Positions 39,501 to 51,960 of a DNA stretch of 64,000 nucleotides are shown piece by piece. The notes beneath the pieces are model-generated. The model was not told the origin of the DNA. It saw nothing but the letters and a program-made list of their open reading frames with translations, and ran no database searches. The DNA is from Tubiluchus corallicola (taxonomy: Eukaryota; Animalia; Priapulida), in NCBI GenBank assembly GCA_030141605.1, contig JAQGDQ010000057.1, positions 62,001 through 126,000 of the forward strand. Reading direction: 5' to 3'. Position numbers and translations under genes: made by a program. How positions within the stretch are numbered: the stretch's first letter is position 1; every line of letters starts with the position of its first letter.

Positions 39501-41122
39501 ATCGTTTTGTCAGTACTATCAACATTAGAACAAATTAAAGTCTTTGAGTAAAATAATATTGGAACTTTTTCAATTAAAATAGAACTCCTTCCTAGACTTG
39601 TGGTGTGGCCTAACATTGAGCAATTGGTAGTAATAACGGTTGACTAGACTTTCAGTTCTATTGTTTAACAATGTCAAAATATGCAAGATACTTGGAGTGA
39701 TTGTCAAAATTAAAATTGATGAACATAATTTTGTAAAATTTTGTTTTGCACAGAATCATAAATGTAATCTTGCTGGTCTTGTGATAATTTAAATTTACTG
39801 CGAGTCTGCCACAGAACTTACTAGATTCTTACCCGACCACAGCTACACTTTCCCTCCCATTTTCTCTTTGGATGTCTTTAACTTTCTCTATCCTAAACGA
39901 TTACATGCTAAGATTCGTTATTACAGAATCAGGTGTTCTATTATTCAGTAGTTACCTTTAGTTCGCAAGTGCAAATAAAAGTCTTGTCTACCCACAATGG
40001 CAGAAATCTAGATGTCTTTTTTGAGGTCATATCAACCTGGACATGTCTTTAAAAGTGTAAATCTGTCAACCGGTGCAAGTCAGCTAGAATATTGGCAGTA
40101 AAAACACGTATTTAATATTGGCAAAAAGCAGCAATAACATCGTTGTTATTTGAACATTTTGTTTGATGCATTTATTATAAAATGGAAAATGGCTTTCAGT
40201 CTCGGTAGGCGTTTGCATTATGTTTTTCAATGGGTTTGTTTTCTGTACTTTCGAAAGCTCATTCGCTTGTTAAAGTTCCTCCAAATTTACGTGTACTCAA
40301 ATTCTATTAACTCATTAGGTTCTGATTTGCATTATAAAAGCTCCTCTCCTTTAAGTGTAAAAAACTACCAGTGCTCAAATACGCAATGATACACGCCGAA
40401 AACATTGTCATTGATTAATTAGTTTTGAGTTATAGTTACTGTAATTATATACGTGTCATTCGCTCAACCTAGTCTATTCCGCATTAACTAAGATGCATTT
40501 TTGTTATGTGCTGCAATCGCGCGTGTGTTATACACGCATCCCAGTCTGTTCGTAATTTGATTTGCCAGCCTGAGCTGCATGATTGTTTCATGTTATTTGA
40601 CTACAGTTGTGAGTGTGCCGTTCACTCGACATAGTCTATTGAGTTATTTAACTGCAGTCGTGTGTGTGTCATTCCCCGTGATATTCATTCCAACTGCTCT
40701 TATATAATGAAAATAAATGAATGAATTCTTTCCGCCTGTGTGTTTATAACTAGACGTGATAGGCAATGGTACCCATGTTTTTCCTCAATAGTTAATATTA
40801 GTCAAGTGTTGTTATTCGTCGATTGCTAAGTAAACGGACATCCATTGTTAATACCGCCCTGCCTCAGCAATAAAAATAAGTCATATTGCATAGCAACAGC
40901 ATGCATTGTATGAATCTGTCATTTTGGGTACCACAACTGCAATACTGATTGATGTGGTTCTACATATAAAATTGCAAAAAAAAATTACAAAGGTTTCACA
41001 AAAGCAAGGCCCTGCAAGCATGAATCATGACTATTTTAAACAGTAATGATGTGTAATCATCGTCATGAATTCATCTTCCTCATCGTCATCATCATTATTG
41101 TCATGGTCATTGTCATTGTCAT

Positions 41123-41634
41123 GAGGGTTGGATTAAGGCTATCAACAAACGAAGGGGTAAAAAACCCTCATCTTCGTGTATCCCGGGTTCTCCTCTTTCT
41201 AAGGAGTTATAAATTCTCTCCAAGGCCTCAGCTAAGTGCCAAAAAACGTTTTTTCTACAAAGGCAGGCGAAAAATCCCCAAGAATAGTTATATTTTGCTC
41301 ATTCGAAGAACATCATGTAGAAAAAACACCCTTGCGGCGTCCCAGGGAAGAAAATTTATAGCTATAGTTTGAAAAGCGGAGAAACCAGGCTACAAAACAA
41401 TGTAGGTCTTTTTTACAAATGCTTCTTCCAGGATGAATGATTACAAGGTTTTTTTGGACGCCCACTACATGTTGCCGAATTTCATACTGTCTTTAGCAAG
41501 TTCAGTTTTAATAATTTGTTATCCTGTTTAGCAAATAACATTAGCTTGCTTTAACTGGTCATCGATCTCAGGACACTGAGGGCCAATCAAAACTTAGGGC
41601 ATAAGGCTATAACCTAATGGCTAATCTGCCTCTG
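41123..41634. mobile_element. Non-autonomous hAT-type MITE with 8-bp TSD
   Basis: ATTGTCAT at 41115-41122 and 41635-41642. The ends gagggttggatta and (reverse complement) cagaggcagatta resemble decayed CAGGG.CGGATTA TIRs. Confidence 0.6.
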
Positions 41635-43099
41635 ATTGTCATGCCATTGTCATTGCTCTTATTGCCGTCAGTGTCATCACCATTCCCATCATCGCCAAAA
41701 ACAACAGTGGCTGCAGCAGCTGCGCCAGTTTTGTCAACCAGTATCAGTGAGTTGCCCATTTATTTTTGTAATAATTTTCGTTTTAATGGCCCAACACTGT
41801 GTGATTACATTCACAACTCGTGTGTCTTGCGCTTAGCGATTATGTCGTAGAAAGCATGAATCTAATGTACCTCATCATACTCGCATACATATTAATTTCG
41901 CTTATGCTGGATACATATGGCGGGCCAGCAACGTCCAAAACATACTCCTTATTTTGAGCGAACGGGAACACGCTGGGCTGCGCTGGCAGTGGTTGGACAG
42001 CCCGTTCAATAATGGGTATAGTAGGGCCATTTAGATTTTGACGAACTCTCGCAGCAGGCATTTTCCTGGGCCCAGTTTTTTGGAAATTTTGACCAAACGC
42101 CATGTGGAAAAATGTACAAATGGCATTTGGTAGGGGTTTTAGAAGGAGATTTATAGTTACTTGGAAAGGGGAGAAACTCTCTTTTACAATCACCTCTACC
42201 AAGAATAATGGCTACAACTTTATTGGAGGTTCCATTTCAAAAAATTCTCGCTTGGAAAACTGCATGTGCATGCGTAAATTTTTTTCGTGACATTGTGCCA
42301 TTATATTCTAGACTAGAGGAAAGTGTCCTATAGAGCACCTGTTAGGGTTTGAAGTATTTTTAAGACTTCTCAGTTGCAGAAATGATTATTCACAGAATAA
42401 GCTTGTTTGCTATAAGTTTCAGCTATTTTAATCTTCAAATTTTTAATTATTTGATGAAAAGTAATTTTAACGAAAACTGAGCCTTTTGGGGAACATTGTT
42501 CCTATGAACTTTGTGTTAAAAAAGGAACAGTAGCCTTTTGTCATATGGTTATATAGTTCCCGTAACGCCCACTGCAAAAGGTAAGCTGTTCTTATAAAAC
42601 CCCCTGCTGTCAACAATAAATTTAATGTAATAAACTAATATCAATTCACCCGATCTGTAATCTTTTATGATCTGTAATTTAAAATATAATAAATTGAAAA
42701 TACCTTTGAAATACAATAACTTTATTTGACACATTAAATGTTACATGTAGACACCACTTAATATTCTTAAGACAGTAATCTTGATCAAAACAGTAAAAAC
42801 AGTAAATTAGACATTTTGAATGCCAAAAGTGTATCTTAATTCTGTATTCTTATTTCTGTACAATAACCTTTTGTCATTTGAGAATTGCATAAATATTTTT
42901 AAACTTTTTGATTCGCGAAAAATGTAGACCGATCGTGCAAAATTACTTGTTTACTGCTAACGCGTATTTAAAAACAAAAAGCTGCATTATTTATGAACAT
43001 CAACGTGAAGGCGTTATAATTATTGATTTAATTCTAGAAAAGAGTTTACTTTGCGTCTAAATTGGATGTAGATTATACTAAATTTATGAACGTACATTA

Positions 43100-45000
43100 T
43101 ATATGAATCACATAAATCACGGAACCATTGGGTATACCCTGTGCACTGTATTAAATTAAATAAAGGCAACTTACATCCTTGCCCAAACATTAGAGTACCA
43201 TTAGAGAACTGTAACAGACAATAATCATGAATTGCAACTGCAGACAGCACGAAACAATAATTCAGTTAACAAGACAAATTTATAAATTACACGTGACCAG
43301 ACCCAACATATCAAGGCCAAGTGTCGGCAGCATTTCACAAAGCCGGATGCAGGTACCTAAAGTCATCAACCATGAAATCACCTGACAGGTAAGTTGAGGT
43401 AACTGCCTGCTGGCCTCAGAGGGCAGCACTGTCCAGTACATTACACCCCCCCCATAAAATACTCCCCACAAAAGCATTTTATCTTAAACCTTATCCAATT
43501 TCTCCAATAAACATAGCTTTTGAATTGGTCTCTTAAGAACAGCATTTGATGTTTTAACCTGTACTGACCGAACTAAACCATCAGGCCCAGGAAAAACCTC
43601 ACAAACCCTTCCTAAACACCACTGACTCCGTGGCAGATTGCTATCAACTACCAATACCAGGTCACCAACTTGCAAGTTATCTGATACCTTACTCCATTTC
43701 TGACGCTTCTGAAGCAGCTTCTGAAAACAGATCAGAGAGAAACTGGACTTGTCTCCATCGCCTCATATACAGATCATGCTCATCAAATAGTCCAGTTGGA
43801 AGTGTAGTTCCAGATCTCATCAACAATAAACGGTTTGGCGTAAGAGGTTCCATGTCCTTGGGATCATCTGATACCACAGTGATAGGACGCCCGTTGATGA
43901 CAGCTTCAACATTGCACACCAGTGTGGCCAAACCTTCATCATCCAAGGTTTGTTCCATAGCCACTGAAGATAACACTCTCCTGATCAAACCAATCTTTCT
44001 CTCCCACACACCGCCATGATGTGATGATGCAGGTATATTAAATAGCCATTGCACATTTTTCTGGCACAGCACATCCTCAATTCTGTTTTGATTCCATGCT
44101 TTGATAGCTGTCCTCAATTCCTTGTTTGAACAAGCAAAATTGGTCCCTTTATCAGACCTGATAATTTCAGGTTTGCCACTTCTACTTATAAACCTGAACA
44201 AAGCATTTATGAAACTATCCATGTCTAATGAGTGAAGAACTTCGATGTGGATGGCTCTAGGCAACAAACAAGTAAAGAAGCATCCATACCTCTTCACCAA
44301 TGCCCGACCTCTCTTAGCCATAAAAGGCCCAAAGCAATCAACTCCGACTTTCATGAATGGAGCTGTTCCAGGAGTAAACCTATCTGTAGGCAAGTCAGCC
44401 ATCTTTTGAGTTAAAGGAGCAGCACCACGAATACTGTACTTCATGCAACTAGACAACACTCCTCGTATTGCAGGTCTGGCATTCACAATCCAAAATCGCT
44501 CTCGAATTTTAGAAAGTACATACTCTTTACCCGAGTGCCACGATCTTTCATGATAATGCTGAATGATAAGCAACACAATATGATCCTTCTTAGGCAGTAT
44601 CATTGGATGCTTAGCATCATCAGACAATTGTGAATGTTTGAAACGACCGCCTACACAAATCACCCCATTCAAAACAATTGGATCCAGTTTATGCAACACA
44701 CTCCATCTCGAAAGCTTTGAACTCCTTTTCTCCACATCAGACACTGAGTCAAGATCAGATCGTTGAAAAAGTGCTTCAACTGAACATACTTCACAATACT
44801 AGCTTCAGCTTGCCTCATTTCACTGACAGTCAAGCGTCCTCATGCTACTGCCAGATCAGATGCCCTTTCTTTCAATAGCAATATCCAAGCAACACTCTTC
44901 ACCAAGCTGTACCAGGAAGAATATCTCAAAATCAATTTCTCAACAGCATCATTACCAGTCGGTTCTGAAACTGCAAAAGCCATAGCATTGATTTTCTCTC
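43100..45000 (-). mobile_element. BEL/Pao LTR retrotransposon 3' portion (integrase, C-terminal domain, PPT, 3' LTR)
   Basis: ORFs 43689-44744 (VGVDCFGP, IRSDKGTNF, GGVWERKI, PLTPNRLL) and 43484-43675 (QVGDLVLV..GPDGLVRSV..RPIQKL), with RYSSW upstream. G-rich PPT followed by TGTAAT at 43445. The far end of the LTR is uncertain. Confidence 0.92.
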
Positions 45001-45299
45001 TCTGTAATCTGTCCAAGCAGTCTTCCTGTGGAAAACCAACATAAAGTTCCTCACAATAAATGCATTTATAATGGGTCTCAGGCCTACTTTCTAAAGTAGA
45101 CCTTTTTCATCACTTGTTTTGGTCCTTTTAACAAAGCTGAGTCCTCCCCTTCGCTTGTTGGTTATCCTTATTTTCTCTTCGACCATCATTGCCGTTCTGA
45201 CTACGTTTTTGAGATCTCTCTAATAGTGTTGTTTTATAAGGAGTGAACATGAGTAGTTCTGATGACGTCTTCCACTTTAGTCTGATGTTTGTTGTAACA

Positions 45300-47200
45300 C
45301 AGGGGTGTCCAAAGTTTTTTTAGTGAGCGCGAAATACAGAAACATAAACAAAGGGCTGGGCTGCACACTAGATGTGACATATTGACACATGAATATGACT
45401 CATCTAACTCACCTATAATGTGAAGAACATTGCATTCAGTGGGAGCAGTGATGCTGTCCTTTGGATTGAAGGATGGCTGACATATCAGGAGAACGTTTGG
45501 TGGTTGAGACACAAAGGACTTTACAGAGATGGCTATCAGTTATTCTTGTTCTCAGTCTGCTTTTGTTATGATTTAACAGAGAAAATGTTTGTTCACATAT
45601 GTATGTTGAGGCAAACAGGCTCATCATTCTTTTTGAGTGGCATCTCATCAGAAGAAATTTGGCATTATCCAAACTCTGATAGAAGTCAGGGAGGGAGAGA
45701 AGCTGATGTTGACTCTTCAGAGAATCATCACATTGCATTTCAATCAGTTCTAACTGCTTACTCTCTTCTGCAACTACCAGGAAGGGGATCGAGAACAGCT
45801 TGATTTGTTTTTCAATGACAGAAACATTTTGGAAATGCTGGTTGAATTCTGTCACGAGAGATGAAATTACAGACACGTATTTGTCCTTTTTAGCAGAAAG
45901 GTCGGCCTTTGGAAAAGCAGACTTGATTTCAGACAGCGCAGGGAAGTGTGCTGCATTAACACTTGTGTCTCAAACAGGTGGAGCTTTACACAGAAGGCTT
46001 TCATGTGCACATACAGGTGTAGCACCAGCTGTTCTTTGCATTGTAGGTTCTTTTCAGAGTATTCAGATGATGAGTAAGATCAACTAAAAATGCCAGGTCA
46101 ACCAGCCGCAGAGGGTCACTCAGTTCATGAAGAGGTCGGCCCTTCTCTTTCAAAAACTGATCGATTTTTGATCTCAGCAAATAAAACTGCTGCAGCACAG
46201 AGCTGCAGCTGACCCAGCGCACATCAAATTGATAGAGTACATTCCAATATTCAGCATCCACATCAGAGCTTGAAATTCCGTGGTACAGTCCTCTAGCTCG
46301 AATTATGTTGACAGTTTTTACAACAGTGTTCATTACATCGCCCAGCTGGACAGTCTTGGCACACAGTGCTTCTTGGTGGATTATACAGTGCATCCTCCTC
46401 TCTCTTTTACCTTGGTGCACTCCCCCATCAAGGGCGGAGCTCCATCCGTTGTTACTCCACAGAGCTTGTCCCATTTAAGTCCCATCTTTTCAACTGCCTC
46501 TGACTCAAAAATATCTCTACGTGTCGTTGTGCCTTTTAGGCTCATATCAAGCAGCTCCTCCGTACAGCAAAAATTATCATCTACTCCCCGTAAAAAAATA
46601 ACAGATGCACGGTGTCTGTGGCATTTGTGCTCTCATCACATGCTATCGAGTAAAAATCAAAAGCAGAAGCTTTGTCTCCCAGCTGATGTTTCAAGTTGGC
46701 TGACAAGTCCTCGATTCTCCGCACCACTGTATTTCTGGATAAGCTCACATTGTTGAAATCCTGCACTTTTTCGGGGCACATTTTTCTGTGACTTTGATGA
46801 GGCACTGCTTTACGAAATCACGGTCTGAGATTTACTGTGCTGGGCAATAAGTTTAGCGACTTCATAGCTTGCTGTTGTGGCATTTTTGTGTATTTTGTTT
46901 GCACGAAAAAACTGTTGTTAAGCTTGCAGGCTAGCTGCCATTTGCTTGACTTTCTGTGTTCGTTCGGTACCGGTGTACGATGTGTAGCTCTGATGTTTGG
47001 TCTCATAATGCCGACGGACATTTTATTCTTTCATCACAGCAACATCTTTTTTGCAAATCAAACAGACACACTTTCCGTTAAATTTTTTAAAGAAATATTC
47101 ATTTTCCGTGATTTGAAATCTTCTACACTTGCTTACTATTTTGCGTTTCTTCGGTGCTGCCAAAACTCGGCCAAAACCGGCTTTGGTACTTTTGAGATGC
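45300..47200 (-). mobile_element. hAT (Charlie/SPIN, GTF2IRD2/EPM2AIP1-like) transposon, frameshifted transposase
   Basis: TIR-like CAGGGGTGTCCAAA at 45300. Successive ORFs carry PKKRKI..CLIC, LSRNTVVRRI, IACDEST, HCIIHQEALC, VRW and FASTYICEQTFS. Confidence 0.92.
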
Positions 47201-47334
47201 ACGCATATATCCAAGCTTGTGCCTACTGGGGCCAAAAACCAATTATATCTCCTACACCATCGTGCCGAGATGAAAATATGTATCATCGACTAATAGGAAA
47301 GTGTACCCATCGAATCCAAGAATGCCAGATGATA

Positions 47335-48111
47335 CTATTATGACGTAATTAAGATCATCACTGTTTCATTGTTGTTAAAATGTGTCAGTCACGAAATGAT
47401 CACTCCATCTACTAGTTAGTTGTGTGATGTTGGTTTTGTTGTATGGCAGCGAGACATGAACTATTTTCTCTGATGGCTCCTTCCACTGAAGTCATCTGTG
47501 TGTCTTATTTTGCATCTGCTAGTTTCACTTTGACACCAAAAGAATTATACTGGAGAGCGAGTAATCCAATTCCAGTGACCACCATTATCAAGCAATGCCT
47601 TCTTAGTCTCCTCCGCCACATGTGGCATGCCTGAATGAGTCTGCCTCGGCCAGACGTCCTTTCTGCTGCTTCCTGCCCTCTGTCGCATCAGTGTAACACA
47701 TTGCCAAAATGGTGAGCCTAGCTAACGGCAAAGCTTCCTTCCGTGTGCTGGTTGCCACTGCGAAGCTCTCAAAAGTAACATAAAAAGTAGTAATGCATTG
47801 AATGACCTGACAATGGCATCATGACGTCATAATTGAAAAATGCAACATTTTTGGATTCATGCACTTTCGGATCAATCGCTAACACACAATTTTCGCCGAG
47901 GATCGATTGTTTAAGAGAAGCAGTCAACTTTTGACGCCCATTGGCACCATCTAGACGCCAAGGAAATAACGTGAATGGACAGTGATGACATGCTAGGTCA
48001 ATCTGTAATCGATTTTGAATGCTATTGCAAGTACTGATATTGAAAGATCAATTTCAATGACCGATTCTCAACAACAATGAAAGTGTGATGTTCTTAATTA
48101 CGTCATAATAG
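47335..48111. mobile_element. Non-autonomous DNA element with long terminal inverted repeats
   Basis: TA|ctattatgacgtaattaagatcatcactgtttcattgttgtt ... aacaacaatgaaagtgtgatgttcttaattacgtcataatag|TA. About 45 bp near-perfect inverted repeat. Confidence 0.85.
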
Positions 48112-48469
48112 TATTTTGAAACCACAATTAAAAAACGAACCCATTTGTGGACGCCATGATTGCACTTTCCTATCTGTTACTTCAATGTTACTTGCATAAT
48201 AAGATCTTAAACAGAAGGTTATACAGCAATTTGGTATCAAATAATGAAAAGAGTGTGATGTATTGCTTTTCACCAAAGCGTTTGTCGCTCAAAATGGCAA
48301 AAATGTGAAATTTTCCGCTAAAAAGTTAATTTTGTCAAAGGGTACTAGACAAAACGATGTAATATACGGCGTTGATCAGTATCTGTCGATTCTTGTTGCA
48401 TTAATATGAACAATACACAAATACAGTAGTAAATTACTACTTTTATTATCAAAGTCCGTAAGGTCATCC

Positions 48470-49045
48470 CAATGAGGGAGTTTGGTTGTAAATATGATGC
48501 CACAACAGGTAGTCTGGCACTAATTTTTCTACCAAATAGTAATTCACTTGGGCTGTACCCATTTGCCAAAGGCGTGCTCTACGTGACATAAAGAGCAAGA
48601 TAAGAACTTTTTGCCTTCATAAGTGATCCGTTTGCAGTTTTAACTGCATGTTCCACTTCTCCATTGGATAGATGGGGCAACTCGTTTAAGTGCTCAAAGC
48701 CATAACGTTTTGCAAAGTTATCAAATTCATGAGAATCACTGTCGCTTCGCAATAGTTTCGGAATGTCATGTGTGGCAAAAATAGATGGTAAGTGGTTAGT
48801 AATAGTGAATGAACTGTGACCGTTCAATTTTGCAAGTTCGACAAATCTGGTAAAATAGTTAGTGACAATTAAATAAGTGTGACCTTTAAGATAAAACAAA
48901 TCTGTGTCCTGTGAATGAACTGTGACCGTTCAGTTTTGCAAGTTCGACAAATCTGGTAAAATAGCCAGTGACAAGTAAATAAGTGTGACCTTTAAGATAA
49001 AATAAACCTGTGTCCAGTAACTGCCAAGGCCTTTCAGGAAATTGT
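48470..49045 (-). mobile_element. Gypsy LTR retrotransposon integrase fragment
   Basis: Reads PERPWQ..DLFYLKGHTYLIV..YFTRF..IFATHDIP..LRSD..SNGEVEHAVKT..NGYSPSELLFGRKI. Contains a 106-bp internal tandem duplication (48805-49015). Confidence 0.88.
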
Positions 49046-49399
49046 TTTTTTCATGTCTTTGGGTAATTTGGAGTTATTGTTTCATATTATAACAGTATAT
49101 GGATTTGTCTCTTTTCTTTTTCGCAGTTAAAATTTTGTAACTTTACAATTTTATAGTGTATTCTATTTTATTACTTTTCTATAATGATTTGTAGCAGTTT
49201 ACCATTATTTGATGTGGTACTGATCATGTGTAAGGATTTGTAGCAGTTTACCATTATTTGATGTGGTACTGATCATGTGTATAATGTATTATCACTCAGG
49301 CGTGCAACGTGCTTTTTGAGACTGAACAGTGGGTGAACCGTGGGTGAAATGTAGACAAATAAAAATGTGGCGAAAAATACTAGCCAATCTAGAAAATCA

Positions 49400-49920
49400 T
49401 CGGCCATTACTTCAAGCATACGAGATAGCTAGACTCTGGAACAGTGAAAGCATACGAGATAGCTAGACTCTGGAACAATGATTTGTATAAGTGTTTGAAT
49501 GGACTGCCTAGAGTTAGTGGAAGTGACTACTATGAGCAACGGCAATTTCTGTTGGCAAATACTGTAAGAAACAGTAACTCAGCTAAACGATAGACATATA
49601 AAAAGCTCAACTCGTGCTTAATAGCACCCGTTATTTCGGATTCAAAACCTGAGATGTACCATATTGCCTATGCGCAATTGAGACTCCAGGCGCACTATTT
49701 GAAAGTTGAAACTGATAGATGGCGTAACGTAGATAGCAATTGTGGAGAAATCCAAACTGAAAAGCACCTTTTTGATGGACTGTTATTTAACAGCTTTAAC
49801 TAGAAGAAGATTCAGCAATGTAGACTTTACACGTTTAATGTGAATTATGAATTCCAATTTTGTATTTGAGATCTGTTTCAACATGTTAAAAGCTTATGAA
49901 TGAGGAAATACACTAATTTT
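49400..49920 (+). mobile_element. LINE ORF2 C-terminal fragment
   Basis: AQLRLQAHYLKVETDRW...CGEIQTEKHL resembles the 'RL..H.L.IETGRW..C.CG..Q.E.H' LINE C-terminus. Confidence 0.65.
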
Positions 49921-50299
49921 TGTAAGTACATATATATACATATGTATATAGATACATATATATATATATACATATAGTAATTTTTCTGTATGTTGCTCCT
50001 TTGTTCATTATCGAGGACGACCATGGGCACAGTATAATAGGTATTTCTAAAGTGTTTTTGTATTAGACTTAACGTATACAGTTAATGTAATCATGTCGTA
50101 ATTTAGTCATATTGACTGACTCATGTTGAGTCATTTTTTTTCTCTAGTTATAATGGTCTTAACATGTACTAATTACACTTGTTTCATCGTCATTGTAAAT
50201 ATCATCATTATAAAAATGCAATATTCATCAATAATTATGCGAATATTTTAATTACTTGTTGTTTTCGATATAAAAGTAAAAGTACAACTTTTAGAAAAT

Positions 50300-50560
50300 T
50301 GCTACAAAATAAACTCAAGTCAAGGCTCAATTCAACATTTGTTTGAAGTAATTGAACTCAGGGCATACAGTTGCTCAAGTTTTTCTCTCCTACCTATTTT
50401 TACAAAAATTCAAACTTTTTACATGTCTGATGTTAACGATTTCATTGAATGCTTTTAACTTTTTAACTTTATTTTCGAAGAATAAAGATCAACCATTCAT
50501 CGTAATAAAATTAAACATTTCGACATGGTGCCGAAACCCGTTTCGGCTTGATTTTACCGT
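50300..50560 (+). mobile_element. LTR 3' end plus tRNA-Phe primer-binding site (truncated LTR element)
   Basis: ...aataaa...ttcgaCA is immediately followed by TGGTGCCGAAACCCG (50526-50540), complementary to the eukaryotic tRNA-Phe 3' end. The LTR start is not determined. Confidence 0.65.
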
Positions 50561-50851
50561 TTCGAGTGGTAAAATTAAGCGTTTTTGACAAGTGTTTTAA
50601 TGCGCGTTTCTTTTGTTCGTGTATAATTACGTATTAAAGCGTAAATTGATTTCTCCTTAGAACGTTTGCCAACAAGTCCTATAAACCTGTCAAGTTGTAC
50701 TTGCTTACAGGTTTCCCTTTTTTTTTTATAAAAGTTGGTATGTTGATAGTTATATCTTGTGGGGCAAGCATTTCTTGCACGTTAATGCTTTTATCAACAA
50801 TGATGATGTCTGCTTTTCACAGTTTTTCATCAGATTGCCTCTTTCAACACT

Positions 50852-51254
50852 TTGGGTAGTTGGTATGCGTGTTCTTTTGACACGTTGATCCACTATGGGC
50901 GGTTGGTATGTGTGTTCTTTTAACACGTTGATCCACTGTGGGCAGTTGGTATGTGTGTTCTTTCAACACGTTGATCCACCAGGGTAGTGGGTATGTGTGT
51001 TCTTTCAATGCATTGATCCATCATAGGCAGTTGGTATGTGTGTTCTTTCAACACGTTGATCCACCAGGGTAGTTGGTATGTGTGTTCTTTCAATGCATTG
51101 ATCCATCATAGGCAGTTGGTATGTGTGTTCTTTCAACACGTTGATCCACCAGGGCAGTTGGTATGTGTGTTCTTTCAACACGTTGATCCACCAGTGTAGT
51201 TGGTATGTGTGTTCTTTTAACACGTTGATCCACCATAGGCAGTTGGTATGTGTG
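50852..51254. repeat. Minisatellite, 9-10 copies of a 42-43 bp unit
   Basis: tggtatgtgtgttctttcaacacgttgatccac.. recurs at 50861, 50904, 50947, 50989, 51032, 51074, 51117, 51159, 51201 and 51244. Confidence 0.95.
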
Positions 51255-51339
51255 AAATAAACCCTGCTGCGGTGGCTCCTACAACTATTTGTTGCAAGCA
51301 TTTCACTGACCTTTAGCAACCTTCTCTATAATAATTTGG

Positions 51340-51960
51340 TAACATAATGCTAAATTTTTTGATTGCATCTCTCTTCTAAAGACTTGTATGTGCCACATCC
51401 TAAGCGCCTGGAATTTCTAAACCTCATCTAAAAACGAGTCGCAGAGTAAAGTATCGTTGTACACTTTCAATATGATCAATATTACCCAATAAAGTTGGAT
51501 TCTAGGCGAGCAATACTCTAAAACAACATATTTATAATTCTATAGGCTTTTATTGGCTGAACCAATACATAGTCCATTTGTCCATATCAGGTCATGAGAA
51601 ATTATAATTCCAAAATCCTCGTACACTCGTTTCAACCGGTAAATGAGAATCAGAAAAGTAGCATTCATGGCCCGGATGATCACTTCCAACATGTGTAACG
51701 TCACATTTCGGAATGTCTGCAACTAGTTGTCAATCATTAAATCAAATGCATCCAGAGCTGTTTGAAGATCGCTGTTTTGACTTAGCAAGGTAAATCATTA
51801 ATGAAAAATGAAAGGGGTCCAAAAACACTTCTCTATGGCACACCAGATGCTACACATACATATTAAGATCCATTATTTCTAATACCAACATTTTTGTTTT
51901 TGTTCTTCAGAAAAAAAGATTCAGCCCATTTGAAAAGATGTCCTACAATGCAGTTTGGAT
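51340..51960 (-). mobile_element. CR1-type LINE reverse transcriptase fragment (decayed)
   Basis: Minus strand reads GVP*RSVFGPLSFFINDLP, a decayed GVPQGSVLGP..FINDLP. Confidence 0.75.

Noticed and set aside
50852-51254. CRISPR-like regular repeats (also 28768-29121 and 5001-5255)
   Set aside because: Units are contiguous with no unique spacers, there are no cas genes, and the context is eukaryotic. These are minisatellites.
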